Shown piece after piece: positions 23,025 through 31,539 of a stretch of DNA of 64,000 nucleotides (within the stretch, counting starts at the first letter, position 1; every line of letters begins with the position of its first letter). A program made the position numbers and the translations under genes. The DNA lies in assembly GCA_947586855.1 (NCBI GenBank), contig CANPXV010000001.1, positions 81,350 through 145,349 of the forward strand, given 5' to 3'. The notes below the pieces were generated by a model. It made no database searches, was not told the origin of the DNA, and saw only the letters and a program-made list of their open reading frames with translations. This stretch comes from an uncultured Clostridia bacterium (lineage in GTDB: Bacteria > Bacillota > Clostridia > Christensenellales > CAG-314).

Positions 23025-26000
23025 TTAATGTGAGATAGCGTAGTCGCCGATATCCAGAATTGCTCCGAAGTAGGGCGCACCGGCGCTTCCCGATACAGCA
23101 CCTGCCGACAAGTAAATACATACCTTGTTGTTATAAGCGTCCGCAGATTTTCCCATCCAATTTGAGCCAATAAATGTTCTCTGATCTACATCACCCCACG
23201 ATTTTGCACTTGCGGTTACTTTACCTGCTGTCCCAACTTGACTATAATAAGTTGTTATTCCGCTCTCAGTCGGATAGATAGAGTTATCCAGGTCTGTCGC
23301 CAGCCAACTATCGCCCATTTGTGCAAACAACAGATATTTACTTCCGTCTTTTTGTGTTATCTTGCGAGCCGTAGTAGTCAGTGAGTTGTGCATTGCAAAG
23401 GTAACAGGATTGTCACCGTAATCAAAGGTTGTTTTACCCGCTACATCCAGCGTGACCTTATCCTTGCCGTTGATCAAATCGCCGGGGCTGCAAATCATGA
23501 CGGCAATGACATTGAGATATTGGTTTTTGTCCTTATCTGCCGTATTATCGCCCTGGAACGAATGCATTGTGCCGTCTGCTGCTTTGACCCAACGAACAGT
23601 TTTGCCGACCTTGTTGAACAGATCTGTTTCAAGTTTACCACGCAACAGAGAAACAAGTGCAGCTGCATTGTTGGCGTCGTACCAGCTTTCGGCACCGGTT
23701 GCATATGCTTCCAGACGGCATTTGTCCTTGACCGTCAGGGTGGGGCCGCCAGTATCTGCTGTATTATACACGCCGTCGTTTTCAACTCTTTCTCCGTCGC
23801 ACAGGATGAACAACGGGCCGCCGGAGCCGACCATGTCGCAATCTTCAATTACGATGTTGCCACGCCAGGTGTAGACCATGTTGGAGTAGGCGTCGTAGAT
23901 CTTGGAGTGGACAACGTTGAATGCAGTTTGGAGATTGCCATAGTTGTCACCCACGATTGCAGTGAAGAAGTTGTTGGCGTTGATATTTTCGAAGTCGATG
24001 CAAGCATAGGTGTTGGCAAGCATGATTCCGCCGGGGGCAAAGTAGATGGTCTTGCCCTGATCGTAGTAGTCCTTTTGCGGGGTGGAGCCCTTCATGGCGA
24101 TGTTCTTGACCGTGAAGTGGTTGTCCTTGTGACCACGTGTAGAGTCGTTTGTGCCTTCTTTTGTGTTAGACAACAGCTGGAATACGCTCCAATGGGGCAC
24201 AGGGTCGCCGACCTTGGTGCTTGTTTCGTAGTCCACCAAAACTTGCAGCAAACGTCCGCCACGTTCCAAAATGTGTGTGAGGCTGAAATAGTTGCCGGAA
24301 ACGCTCACTTTGCAGGTGGCATAGAAACCTTTTTGCATGTTGAGTCCCAAACCGGTGTCAGGCTGAGTTGCACCGTTGTTCGCAATATCTGCTTTGTGGT
24401 CGAGCACACGGCAGTAGCTATAATATCCGTGTTCGCCGCTTATGACGCCGCTGTTGTCGCCGTCCTTCAACGAGCCGATAAGTTTTTCCTGCTGACGAGG
24501 CCAGCCTGCAAGAGATTGATAAGCCGCATAGTACAGCGGGTCACCCTCTTGCCAGAAGAAATCTTGCGGCATCTGCGTGGGATCCAGGTCGATGTCGTTG
24601 TGGAGAATTACCCAATCGACATTGCCGACATACTCGTACAGATAATTTTCGTCCGCAGCAAGTTTGACGGGGCTTGCGCCTGCCGAAAGCGTAACCGAGC
24701 CATCGTCACTCTGCGTAGCAGTTGCGCCCCACAGCGGTGCCCAAACCTTCTTTTGCAGGTCGTTCATCACGGACAGACCACGTTGGTCGTAGACGTTGTA
24801 GCCGCCCTTGACAAGTTTGAACTCGGCTGTGACCTTGTTCTGTACAGAGGAAGGAATCGAGTAACCACTACTCGTATCGAGCGATACAGTGAGGCGAACA
24901 AATGTGCCGTCTGCGATATCCTCGAACTTGTAGGTGTTGTTGTCTACTTTTACCCAATCACTTGTGTTGCCGCGGGTGAGATTGTGTGTTTTGAGCGAAG
25001 AATTTTCAAACGTTTCGCTCTCTTTGCGGAACTCTACTGTGGCAGTTGTGGTCGGGTTGTAGTCGTAGACAGCGTCAGCACCTTGGGGCTTGATACGTGC
25101 GATGGGACGGAAGATAAACTTGTTGACCGTGCCCACCTCGTAGACTTGATTGAGCTTCTTGAAGTAACCAAGACTGTCGCCCGTGTTGGTGGAGCGTTGC
25201 TTGTAGCTGTTGTAGGAGTCGGGTGCGCTGAACGACATCACGAGACCTTTCAGAGCCTCCTTCGATTCACCAACCAAATACAGGTTGCCCGTGACGGGAG
25301 TGCTAAGGTCGTAGGTTTTGGAGCCATTGTACCAAGTGGTTGCCTTGGCAAGGAAGTTTTTGAGTGCTTCGCTCGACTGTGCAGCAGTATTGAGGCTGGT
25401 GCCACTGCTGATAACGAAGTTTTGGACCTCTCCATTGTAGCTGAGTGTAACCAAATAGGTCACGGTGTTGTCCGCAGTCCATTTTGCATACAAGTGGGTT
25501 TCTGCGGTTACCGTTTTGTTTTCCGTCCATGGGTTACCCCAATCGCCGCCGGTGCCATCCTTGTCCCACCATCCTGCAAAGATGTAGCCGTTGCGTTTGG
25601 GTGTGGGCGGATTGTATTCTCCACCATTGCTTACCTTTGTGGTAAATGTCTCGCTGGCCTCATTGTTGAAGTGCAAAGTGACATTGAATACGTTGCTTGC
25701 GCTTGCGTCTTCTGTCCATTGAGCATAGAGGAACAAGTCGCTATCGATGATGTAGTTTTTTACCTTCTGGGCATCTTCGTTGAGCACAATGGGCCACGGA
25801 GCATGCTTTCCGGAAACAAAGTGATACCAATAGCAGAACGGGTTGTCTGAGGACAAAATCTTTGAGGGATCAAGCAATGCGCCATGCGTGTAGCCGGCTC
25901 TGGTGACAGGTTGAGATTTTGTGTCCAAAATCATCTTAATTTTACCCGTAATTGCCCGCAAATCTCCTACAGCACCTTCTTCATTGCCGCCCAAGTATTT

Positions 26001-29000
26001 CTTGACTATGTCCGTAAGCTTCGCCTTTAAGACTTCTCCCAAATCCGACTCTCCCTCGGCATCATAGTAGTAGCCCAACGAACCCGGCGCCCACGGCCAA
26101 GCAGTTTGCACAAATGACTTAGCTTCATTACCTTTACCCAGGGTGTCGCCTTGTTCTTTGATTTTGTCCAAAATGCCGTTGTAGACCAAGTCATTGATAA
26201 ACGTGGCACCCGTGGGCACTTCTGCGCCAATATTGGGTTGGCCGTTGCCCAGAATGATGTTTACACGGACGGAGTGATTCCACTTGGCGTAGAGGGTGAT
26301 TGCGATCTCTGCGTTATCCGGTTTTGCCTCGATAGTTTCCTTTTTGGTGGCGTCGGTTTGGTTTTCTTTGTCGCTGTACCAACCGGCAAACACGTAGCCC
26401 TTCAATGTGGGGACGTGCTCGGAGAGGTCCACCACGGTGCCCCAATCGACAAACAAACGCTCGGACTCGTCCATCAGGTTGTAGTCCAAAACGATTGTGA
26501 CCGTGCGGACTTGCCAATGAGCGTAGAAGTACTTGTAGCCGGGAACGTCGCCGACAGAGTAGTTGCCGTCCTGGGCGTTGCCGCCGATTTGATCGTCGAA
26601 CCAGCCGAGGAATTTGTTACCCTTGGCAAATTCGGCGTAGTAGTCTGCTCGTTCGAGTTGCGACTTCACATCACTGATCGAGATTTGCTTGTTGACATCG
26701 ACAGTTACCGTGATGACATGGTAGGCTGTAACTTCACTGTCGACATCTTCGATACCGGTGGAGAAGTAGACGGTAACTTGGCCCACCCACTTGGCGTAGA
26801 GGGTGACGTTGGCGTTGCCGATTGTGACTTGGTTGTCGCTGAATTTGTGGCCTTCGGTGCAACTCTCGTCGGTGTACCAGCCGTCGAACTTGTAGTTTTC
26901 ACGATCGATAGTTTCGGGAATATTTACTTTCTCGCCGCTGTAAAGGCCCTTTTCGCTGCCGCTCTTGTCTGTTACAACAGTGTCGTCTTGGCCGTCGAAG
27001 TTCCAATCGAATGTGACGGTGTACTTTGTCAACTCGGAATAGCGAGCGTACAGGTTGACGTCGGTTTCGCCAACTGTTTGATTTGTCCACTGTTCGCCGG
27101 CGGACTCATCGGTGAACCAGCCGTCGAATTTGTAACCACGGTTGGGGGTTACTTGGGGCAGGGTGAGCGTGTCGCCCTGGTTGACGGTGACGTTGTCGCT
27201 GCCGCTCAAGGAGCCGTTGGTGCCCACATGATAGGTTACTTTGCGAGGTATGGAGGCCTCGTTCCACTTGGCATACAGCGTCATATCGGCTGTGACAGGC
27301 GTTGTGTTTTCCCACTTGGTGCCTTCTTCTGTCTTGCCGTCCTTGGTGTACCAGCCGGCAAACGTATATTGTTTGTTGTCGGACTCGGGACGGCTGACGT
27401 TGGCGGGCAGCGTGATAGTGCCGTTGATGTCTACCGTTTGAGAGTCGGGGCCGTCCTTGGCGCCCTCGTAGTTGAGGTCGAACTTGACTGTGACTTGCTG
27501 CACCCACTTGGCGTACAGGGTGGTGTTGCCCGTTGTGGTTGTTGTTGCGCTCCACTTGGTTGTGTCAAGGGCGTCGCCCGTCTTGGTGTACCAGCCGTCG
27601 AAGCGGTAGCCTTGACGAGTGGGGTCGGTGGGCCAATTGTTTGCGCCCAGAGATTGTCCCTTATCCACCGTTACGGGGTCGTGAGGGGTGCCATCTGCGC
27701 CGTTGAGGTCGAAGGTGACGGTTGCCGTCTCTACCCAGCGGGCGTAGAGCGTTTTGTCGGTGGCAATGGCCGTGTTGGCGGTGTATTGTGTGCCGCCCTC
27801 GGTTTGCTCGTCGTACCAACCCACAAAGCGGTGATTTGCCCAAGAAGGATCGGCAGGCCAATTCTGTCCGAGAGTTGCGCCCTCGTTGACTGTCTTTTCG
27901 AGGTTATCCGTACCGTTGCCGTTGTAGTCGAAGGTGACAGTGACGGTTTTGTGCGACCAGTGCGCATAGTAGGTGACGTTTTGCGTGACGGGCGTGTTGG
28001 CGTCAACTTGCGTGCCGTTTGTTCTGTCGGTAAACCAACCCGCAAAGGTGTAGTGCTCGGGGGCCTTGTCGGTGCCGGCGGGCAGCTTGTCGCCGAGGGT
28101 TGTGTGCTCGTCGATGTTGTCGAACACCACCACTACATTGTCGGGGTTTTGGCCTGCGGGATAGTTGTAGTTGAATGTGACTGTGGCCTTGGTGACAATC
28201 CATCTGGCGTACAGGTTGTAGGTGTTTTCCGTGGCCGGGGTGGTGGCAAGCCATTTGTCGCCCCATTGGCCGTCGGTTGTGCCGTTTTTGGTGTACCAAC
28301 CGTCAAAACGATAGCCTTCGCGAGCGTCGGGTGTGGGCAGCTTGTCGCCCAAAGATTGACCCTTTTCTACCTTGGCGCTGATATCGGTGTGATCGCCGTC
28401 ATCAAGATAGAAGAATTGGAAGTTGGAGTAAGCGATGGCCGTCCACTTTGCGTAGAGGTTGAGGTTGCCCGTGACAAGGTCGTCCTCGTCCCATTGCTCG
28501 CCCCAATCGTCGTCGGTGCCATCCTTGGTGTACCAACCGTCAAAGTGATAGTCCTCTCTGGTGGGCTCGGTGGGGAATGTTACCGTGCTGCCGGCGTCGA
28601 CAGTTTTGTGCTCGACCTGAGAGCCGTTGTTGAATGCAACGTCGAATTGAACTTTGGCATTTTCTGTCCAGCGGGCGTACAGGTGCAGGTTCTCGTTGAC
28701 GGTCATATCCGCCGTCCACTTGGTGCCCCAAGCGCTGTCCTCGGTGGAGGTGCCGCCGTTGACCGTGTACCAACCGCCAAACGTGTGGTTGGTGTAGCCG
28801 GGCGTGGTAAGCTGGATCTTGTTGCCCTTTTCCACGCTGTACGAGTAGTCCGCCGTGGCGCCGTCGTTATAGTGCAGGGTGACGGTTACCTGGTTGGAGG
28901 GCTGAACGTCCCTGACCTTGACGGTGATGTTTACAACGCAGGATTTGCCGCCGTAGGTGACGGTGTAGGACGTTGCGCCCTCTTTGGAAAGGTCGGCTGT

Positions 29001-29240
29001 GGTGTGTGTAGCACCCCACTCTTTTACCGTTTTGGTGACGGGGTCGCCTTCCTCGAAGGTAACTTTCAGTTTAAGATTGTCGTAATCAATTACATTGTTG
29101 TCGCCGAGATAGAACTCTGTCTGGGCGTCAACGACTTCGATCTTTGTGACAACCTCATCCTTGCTGCACGCCGCAATTGTGGGCAACACAAATGCGATGA
29201 GCATGACAAGCGCAATCAAAAGTGAAAGCCTTTTTTTCAT
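23025..29240 (-). CDS. 2,071-aa surface lipoprotein with 12 Listeria-Bacteroides-type repeats and a large non-repeat C-terminal region
   Basis: Signal peptide MKKRLSLLIALVMLIAFVLPTIAAC (lipobox IAAC). There are 12 modules of the type Y-x-F-x-G-W-[YF]-T...L-Y-A-[KR]-W. The last ~850 aa are non-repetitive. Confidence 0.9.
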   Translation of the reverse strand: MKKRLSLLIALVMLIAFVLPTIAACSKDEVVTKIEVVDAQTEFYLGDNNVIDYDNLKLKVTFEEGDPVTKTVKEWGATHTTADLSKEGATSYTVTYGGKSCVVNITVKVRDVQPSNQVTVTLHYNDGATADYSYSVEKGNKIQLTTPGYTNHTFGGWYTVNGGTSTEDSAWGTKWTADMTVNENLHLYARWTENAKVQFDVAFNNGSQVEHKTVDAGSTVTFPTEPTREDYHFDGWYTKDGTDDDWGEQWDEDDLVTGNLNLYAKWTAIAYSNFQFFYLDDGDHTDISAKVEKGQSLGDKLPTPDAREGYRFDGWYTKNGTTDGQWGDKWLATTPATENTYNLYARWIVTKATVTFNYNYPAGQNPDNVVVVFDNIDEHTTLGDKLPAGTDKAPEHYTFAGWFTDRTNGTQVDANTPVTQNVTYYAHWSHKTVTVTFDYNGNGTDNLEKTVNEGATLGQNWPADPSWANHRFVGWYDEQTEGGTQYTANTAIATDKTLYARWVETATVTFDLNGADGTPHDPVTVDKGQSLGANNWPTDPTRQGYRFDGWYTKTGDALDTTKWSATTTTTGNTTLYAKWVQQVTVKFDLNYEGAKDGPDSQTVDINGTITLPANVSRPESDNKQYTFAGWYTKDGKTEEGTKWENTTPVTADMTLYAKWNEASIPRKVTYHVGTNGSLSGSDNVTVNQGDTLTLPQVTPNRGYKFDGWFTDESAGEQWTNQTVGETDVNLYARYSELTKYTVTFDWNFDGQDDTVVTDKSGSEKGLYSGEKVNIPETIDRENYKFDGWYTDESCTEGHKFSDNQVTIGNANVTLYAKWVGQVTVYFSTGIEDVDSEVTAYHVITVTVDVNKQISISDVKSQLERADYYAEFAKGNKFLGWFDDQIGGNAQDGNYSVGDVPGYKYFYAHWQVRTVTIVLDYNLMDESERLFVDWGTVVDLSEHVPTLKGYVFAGWYSDKENQTDATKKETIEAKPDNAEIAITLYAKWNHSVRVNIILGNGQPNIGAEVPTGATFINDLVYNGILDKIKEQGDTLGKGNEAKSFVQTAWPWAPGSLGYYYDAEGESDLGEVLKAKLTDIVKKYLGGNEEGAVGDLRAITGKIKMILDTKSQPVTRAGYTHGALLDPSKILSSDNPFCYWYHFVSGKHAPWPIVLNEDAQKVKNYIIDSDLFLYAQWTEDASASNVFNVTLHFNNEASETFTTKVSNGGEYNPPTPKRNGYIFAGWWDKDGTGGDWGNPWTENKTVTAETHLYAKWTADNTVTYLVTLSYNGEVQNFVISSGTSLNTAAQSSEALKNFLAKATTWYNGSKTYDLSTPVTGNLYLVGESKEALKGLVMSFSAPDSYNSYKQRSTNTGDSLGYFKKLNQVYEVGTVNKFIFRPIARIKPQGADAVYDYNPTTTATVEFRKESETFENSSLKTHNLTRGNTSDWVKVDNNTYKFEDIADGTFVRLTVSLDTSSGYSIPSSVQNKVTAEFKLVKGGYNVYDQRGLSVMNDLQKKVWAPLWGATATQSDDGSVTLSAGASPVKLAADENYLYEYVGNVDWVILHNDIDLDPTQMPQDFFWQEGDPLYYAAYQSLAGWPRQQEKLIGSLKDGDNSGVISGEHGYYSYCRVLDHKADIANNGATQPDTGLGLNMQKGFYATCKVSVSGNYFSLTHILERGGRLLQVLVDYETSTKVGDPVPHWSVFQLLSNTKEGTNDSTRGHKDNHFTVKNIAMKGSTPQKDYYDQGKTIYFAPGGIMLANTYACIDFENINANNFFTAIVGDNYGNLQTAFNVVHSKIYDAYSNMVYTWRGNIVIEDCDMVGSGGPLFILCDGERVENDGVYNTADTGGPTLTVKDKCRLEAYATGAESWYDANNAAALVSLLRGKLETDLFNKVGKTVRWVKAADGTMHSFQGDNTADKDKNQYLNVIAVMICSPGDLINGKDKVTLDVAGKTTFDYGDNPVTFAMHNSLTTTARKITQKDGSKYLLFAQMGDSWLATDLDNSIYPTESGITTYYSQVGTAGKVTASAKSWGDVDQRTFIGSNWMGKSADAYNNKVCIYLSAGAVSGSAGAPYFGAILDIGDYAISH

Positions 29241-29319
29241 TGTTACTTTTTCTCCTTATAAGATTTTTGTAGTGTCTATATATAAACGCAAAACTTACGT
29301 TTTGGGCGTTTTGCCGACA

Positions 29320-29829
29320 TCAGTTGCCGAAGAAGTAGGGGCGCAGGTCGCTGCCGATGACGTTGATCCACAGATATGTGATTGCGCTGCCCGCCGCCTG
29401 ATCGGTGGCACTGTACTCCAAGCGGATGGAGCACAAATCGTCAGGGGCGATGTTTTTGAAGGTGATGGTGAACCGATCGTCCACCTCGAAATAGGGGCAA
29501 TCGTCGTGCTCGTAGGAGTCGCCGTAGAGAATCTTGATATCCACGTTTTTTTCGGTGGCGTCTGCCGGATTGAAACCGTATCCGACAAACACCGTCATGT
29601 TTTCCTCGTAGGGCAGGTAGATGGCCTTGCCGTTTTCCTCGTCCACCACTCTATTGATGAGGTCGCCCTGAAAATCGGGGTCTTTGAGGTTGGTGACGAT
29701 GGAATTGAAGTAGATTTCCTCGATGGGGATGCGTTCCTCGACGGGCACGCTGCGCATACCAAACAATCCCACCGCCAGCACGGAGCCGACAAACACTATG
29801 AAAACGATCAGGATGGTAGATTTTTTCAT
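29320..29829 (-). CDS. 169-aa hypothetical protein with an N-terminal membrane anchor
   Basis: GGAGGA 7 nt upstream. N-terminal helix ILIVFIVFVGSVLAVGLFG. Its ATG lies 3 nt after the permease stop. Confidence 0.7.
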   Translation of the reverse strand: MKKSTILIVFIVFVGSVLAVGLFGMRSVPVEERIPIEEIYFNSIVTNLKDPDFQGDLINRVVDEENGKAIYLPYEENMTVFVGYGFNPADATEKNVDIKILYGDSYEHDDCPYFEVDDRFTITFKNIAPDDLCSIRLEYSATDQAAGSAITYLWINVIGSDLRPYFFGN

Positions 29830-29832
29830 GCG

Positions 29833-31539
29833 TCAGTCCTCCACAAAGTACAGCTTGCAACGGGTGATATACAGGTATATCCTCACCGCAAGGAACACGA
29901 CCGCCACCGCCAAGGCCTTTACCAACGCCGCCATTGTGGGCGTCAGAGAGGAAATGACCAGGCCGCCGATATCGGATAGCAGATAGTACATCGCCGCAAA
30001 CAGCGCCGCCAGCAAAAAGCCTACCAGCGTTGCGTTGCGCTCGTTGGGACTGTCGAACTGCACACCAACCGTCTGGTATTGGTCGGCGTAGTTGTGCATG
30101 ACGTCCATTTCCGCACACCACAGCAGGTGCGCCTCGCCCACAAACAGCGTGATAAAGCACATTGCCGTGATCTCTTGCAGGGTGGCGCTATCCACGGCGC
30201 CGTGCCCTATCGACAGTGCCTCTATGTAGGCCACCTGCACCAATGCGGTGGACAAAAACACCGTCACCGCACGCACCGCTATGCGCCCAAACAACGTGTA
30301 GATGGGCTTTTGCGGACGGGTTTTGAGGATGTTGCGGGCTGCGCCCTCCCTGCTGTACACCGAGGCGAAGGCGTTGTTGAAGGCCAGCGTCATCACCAAC
30401 ATCACCAGCAAGCTGAATGTTTTGGTCATCACATAGCCGGAGTAGTTGGTGTTCATGGCCGCATACAGCCTGTTTTGGAAGAAGATGGCTATTGCGGGCA
30501 GCACCAGCTGCACAAAGCATCCCACAATGTAGGTTGTGCTGCGCATGTTCATCTGCAACGACTCTACAAAGGGAGAGATTTTGCGCTTGTGCACGTGGTT
30601 TTGCTTGGCCTTGACAGTGCGCTTGTCAAACTCGAACTGCTTGGAGGCCATCTTGATGAACATGGGCCTTGCGCAAAGGAATGATGCGCCGAGAAGTACC
30701 GTCAAGCCGGCAAAAAGCACGCCAAAGGTGGCAAAGGTTGCGCCCACAAAGATGTTGGAGGCGATCAGCAGCGTGCCGCCCACCATCATGGTGGTCAGGC
30801 GATAGTAGGGGTAGGAATACACAGAGAATTTTTGCAAAAAATCCTGTATCGCCACAAAAATGCTGCCCCATTGCCCCAAAATGTTGATGTTGTTGGGTAT
30901 CATGCCTATCAGGCGCACCAACAGAAAGGCTATCGTGCCCGCACCTGCCAACGCCAACACGGCCTGCAACCACTTGAAGCGTCCCACAAACACGCCCACA
31001 TACAGGGCGGGTATGGACAAGATGGCGGCAATGGCCACGGGCACCATCGATACAAACAAAAAGCACAACAGCAACCAGGGGTAGTAGTACCACACGGCGC
31101 CGTTTATCATGCCGTAGGCGATAAATATGGGCAACGTGAGGCCGATGTTCTTTTTTAGCTCGAAAATGTAGTACAGTATCAGCTTGGAGATGTACACGCA
31201 GGTGCTGCTGACGGGCAAGGTGAGCAGCACTTTGTTATCCGCCGTCATGTACAGCGTTTGCGTGAGGCCCACGGTGCAGGTGACAATGGACATCAGCTGG
31301 ATGACCGTGAACAAGATGTTGACTACCGAGTCGGGAATGACGCCCGACGGACGGAAGATGGACAACATGTTGCACACCATAAACAGCACAAAGAAGATGG
31401 CCACGGCCACCACCATTTTGATGATGGCCAGCACCACTTTGATGATGGTAGAACGCACGCTGCGGATAAAGGACAGATCCAACTTGTCCCGCAGCTGCAT
31501 CATCACAAGCGTTTTGAGATTGCGCAAATAGACTTTCAC
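29833..31539 (-). CDS. 568-aa polytopic membrane protein, putative permease partner of the upstream ABC ATPase
   Basis: GTG start overlapping the ABC gene stop (GTGA). Many hydrophobic segments throughout. No soluble domain recognised. Confidence 0.75.
   Translation of the reverse strand: MKVYLRNLKTLVMMQLRDKLDLSFIRSVRSTIIKVVLAIIKMVVAVAIFFVLFMVCNMLSIFRPSGVIPDSVVNILFTVIQLMSIVTCTVGLTQTLYMTADNKVLLTLPVSSTCVYISKLILYYIFELKKNIGLTLPIFIAYGMINGAVWYYYPWLLLCFLFVSMVPVAIAAILSIPALYVGVFVGRFKWLQAVLALAGAGTIAFLLVRLIGMIPNNINILGQWGSIFVAIQDFLQKFSVYSYPYYRLTTMMVGGTLLIASNIFVGATFATFGVLFAGLTVLLGASFLCARPMFIKMASKQFEFDKRTVKAKQNHVHKRKISPFVESLQMNMRSTTYIVGCFVQLVLPAIAIFFQNRLYAAMNTNYSGYVMTKTFSLLVMLVMTLAFNNAFASVYSREGAARNILKTRPQKPIYTLFGRIAVRAVTVFLSTALVQVAYIEALSIGHGAVDSATLQEITAMCFITLFVGEAHLLWCAEMDVMHNYADQYQTVGVQFDSPNERNATLVGFLLAALFAAMYYLLSDIGGLVISSLTPTMAALVKALAVAVVFLAVRIYLYITRCKLYFVED

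Noticed and set aside
23388-29225. Plus-strand ORFs of 820 aa and 1,024 aa antisense to the 2,071-aa lipoprotein gene.
   Set aside because: Same shadow-ORF pattern as above. The minus-strand frame carries a signal peptide, a lipobox and 12 well-formed repeats.
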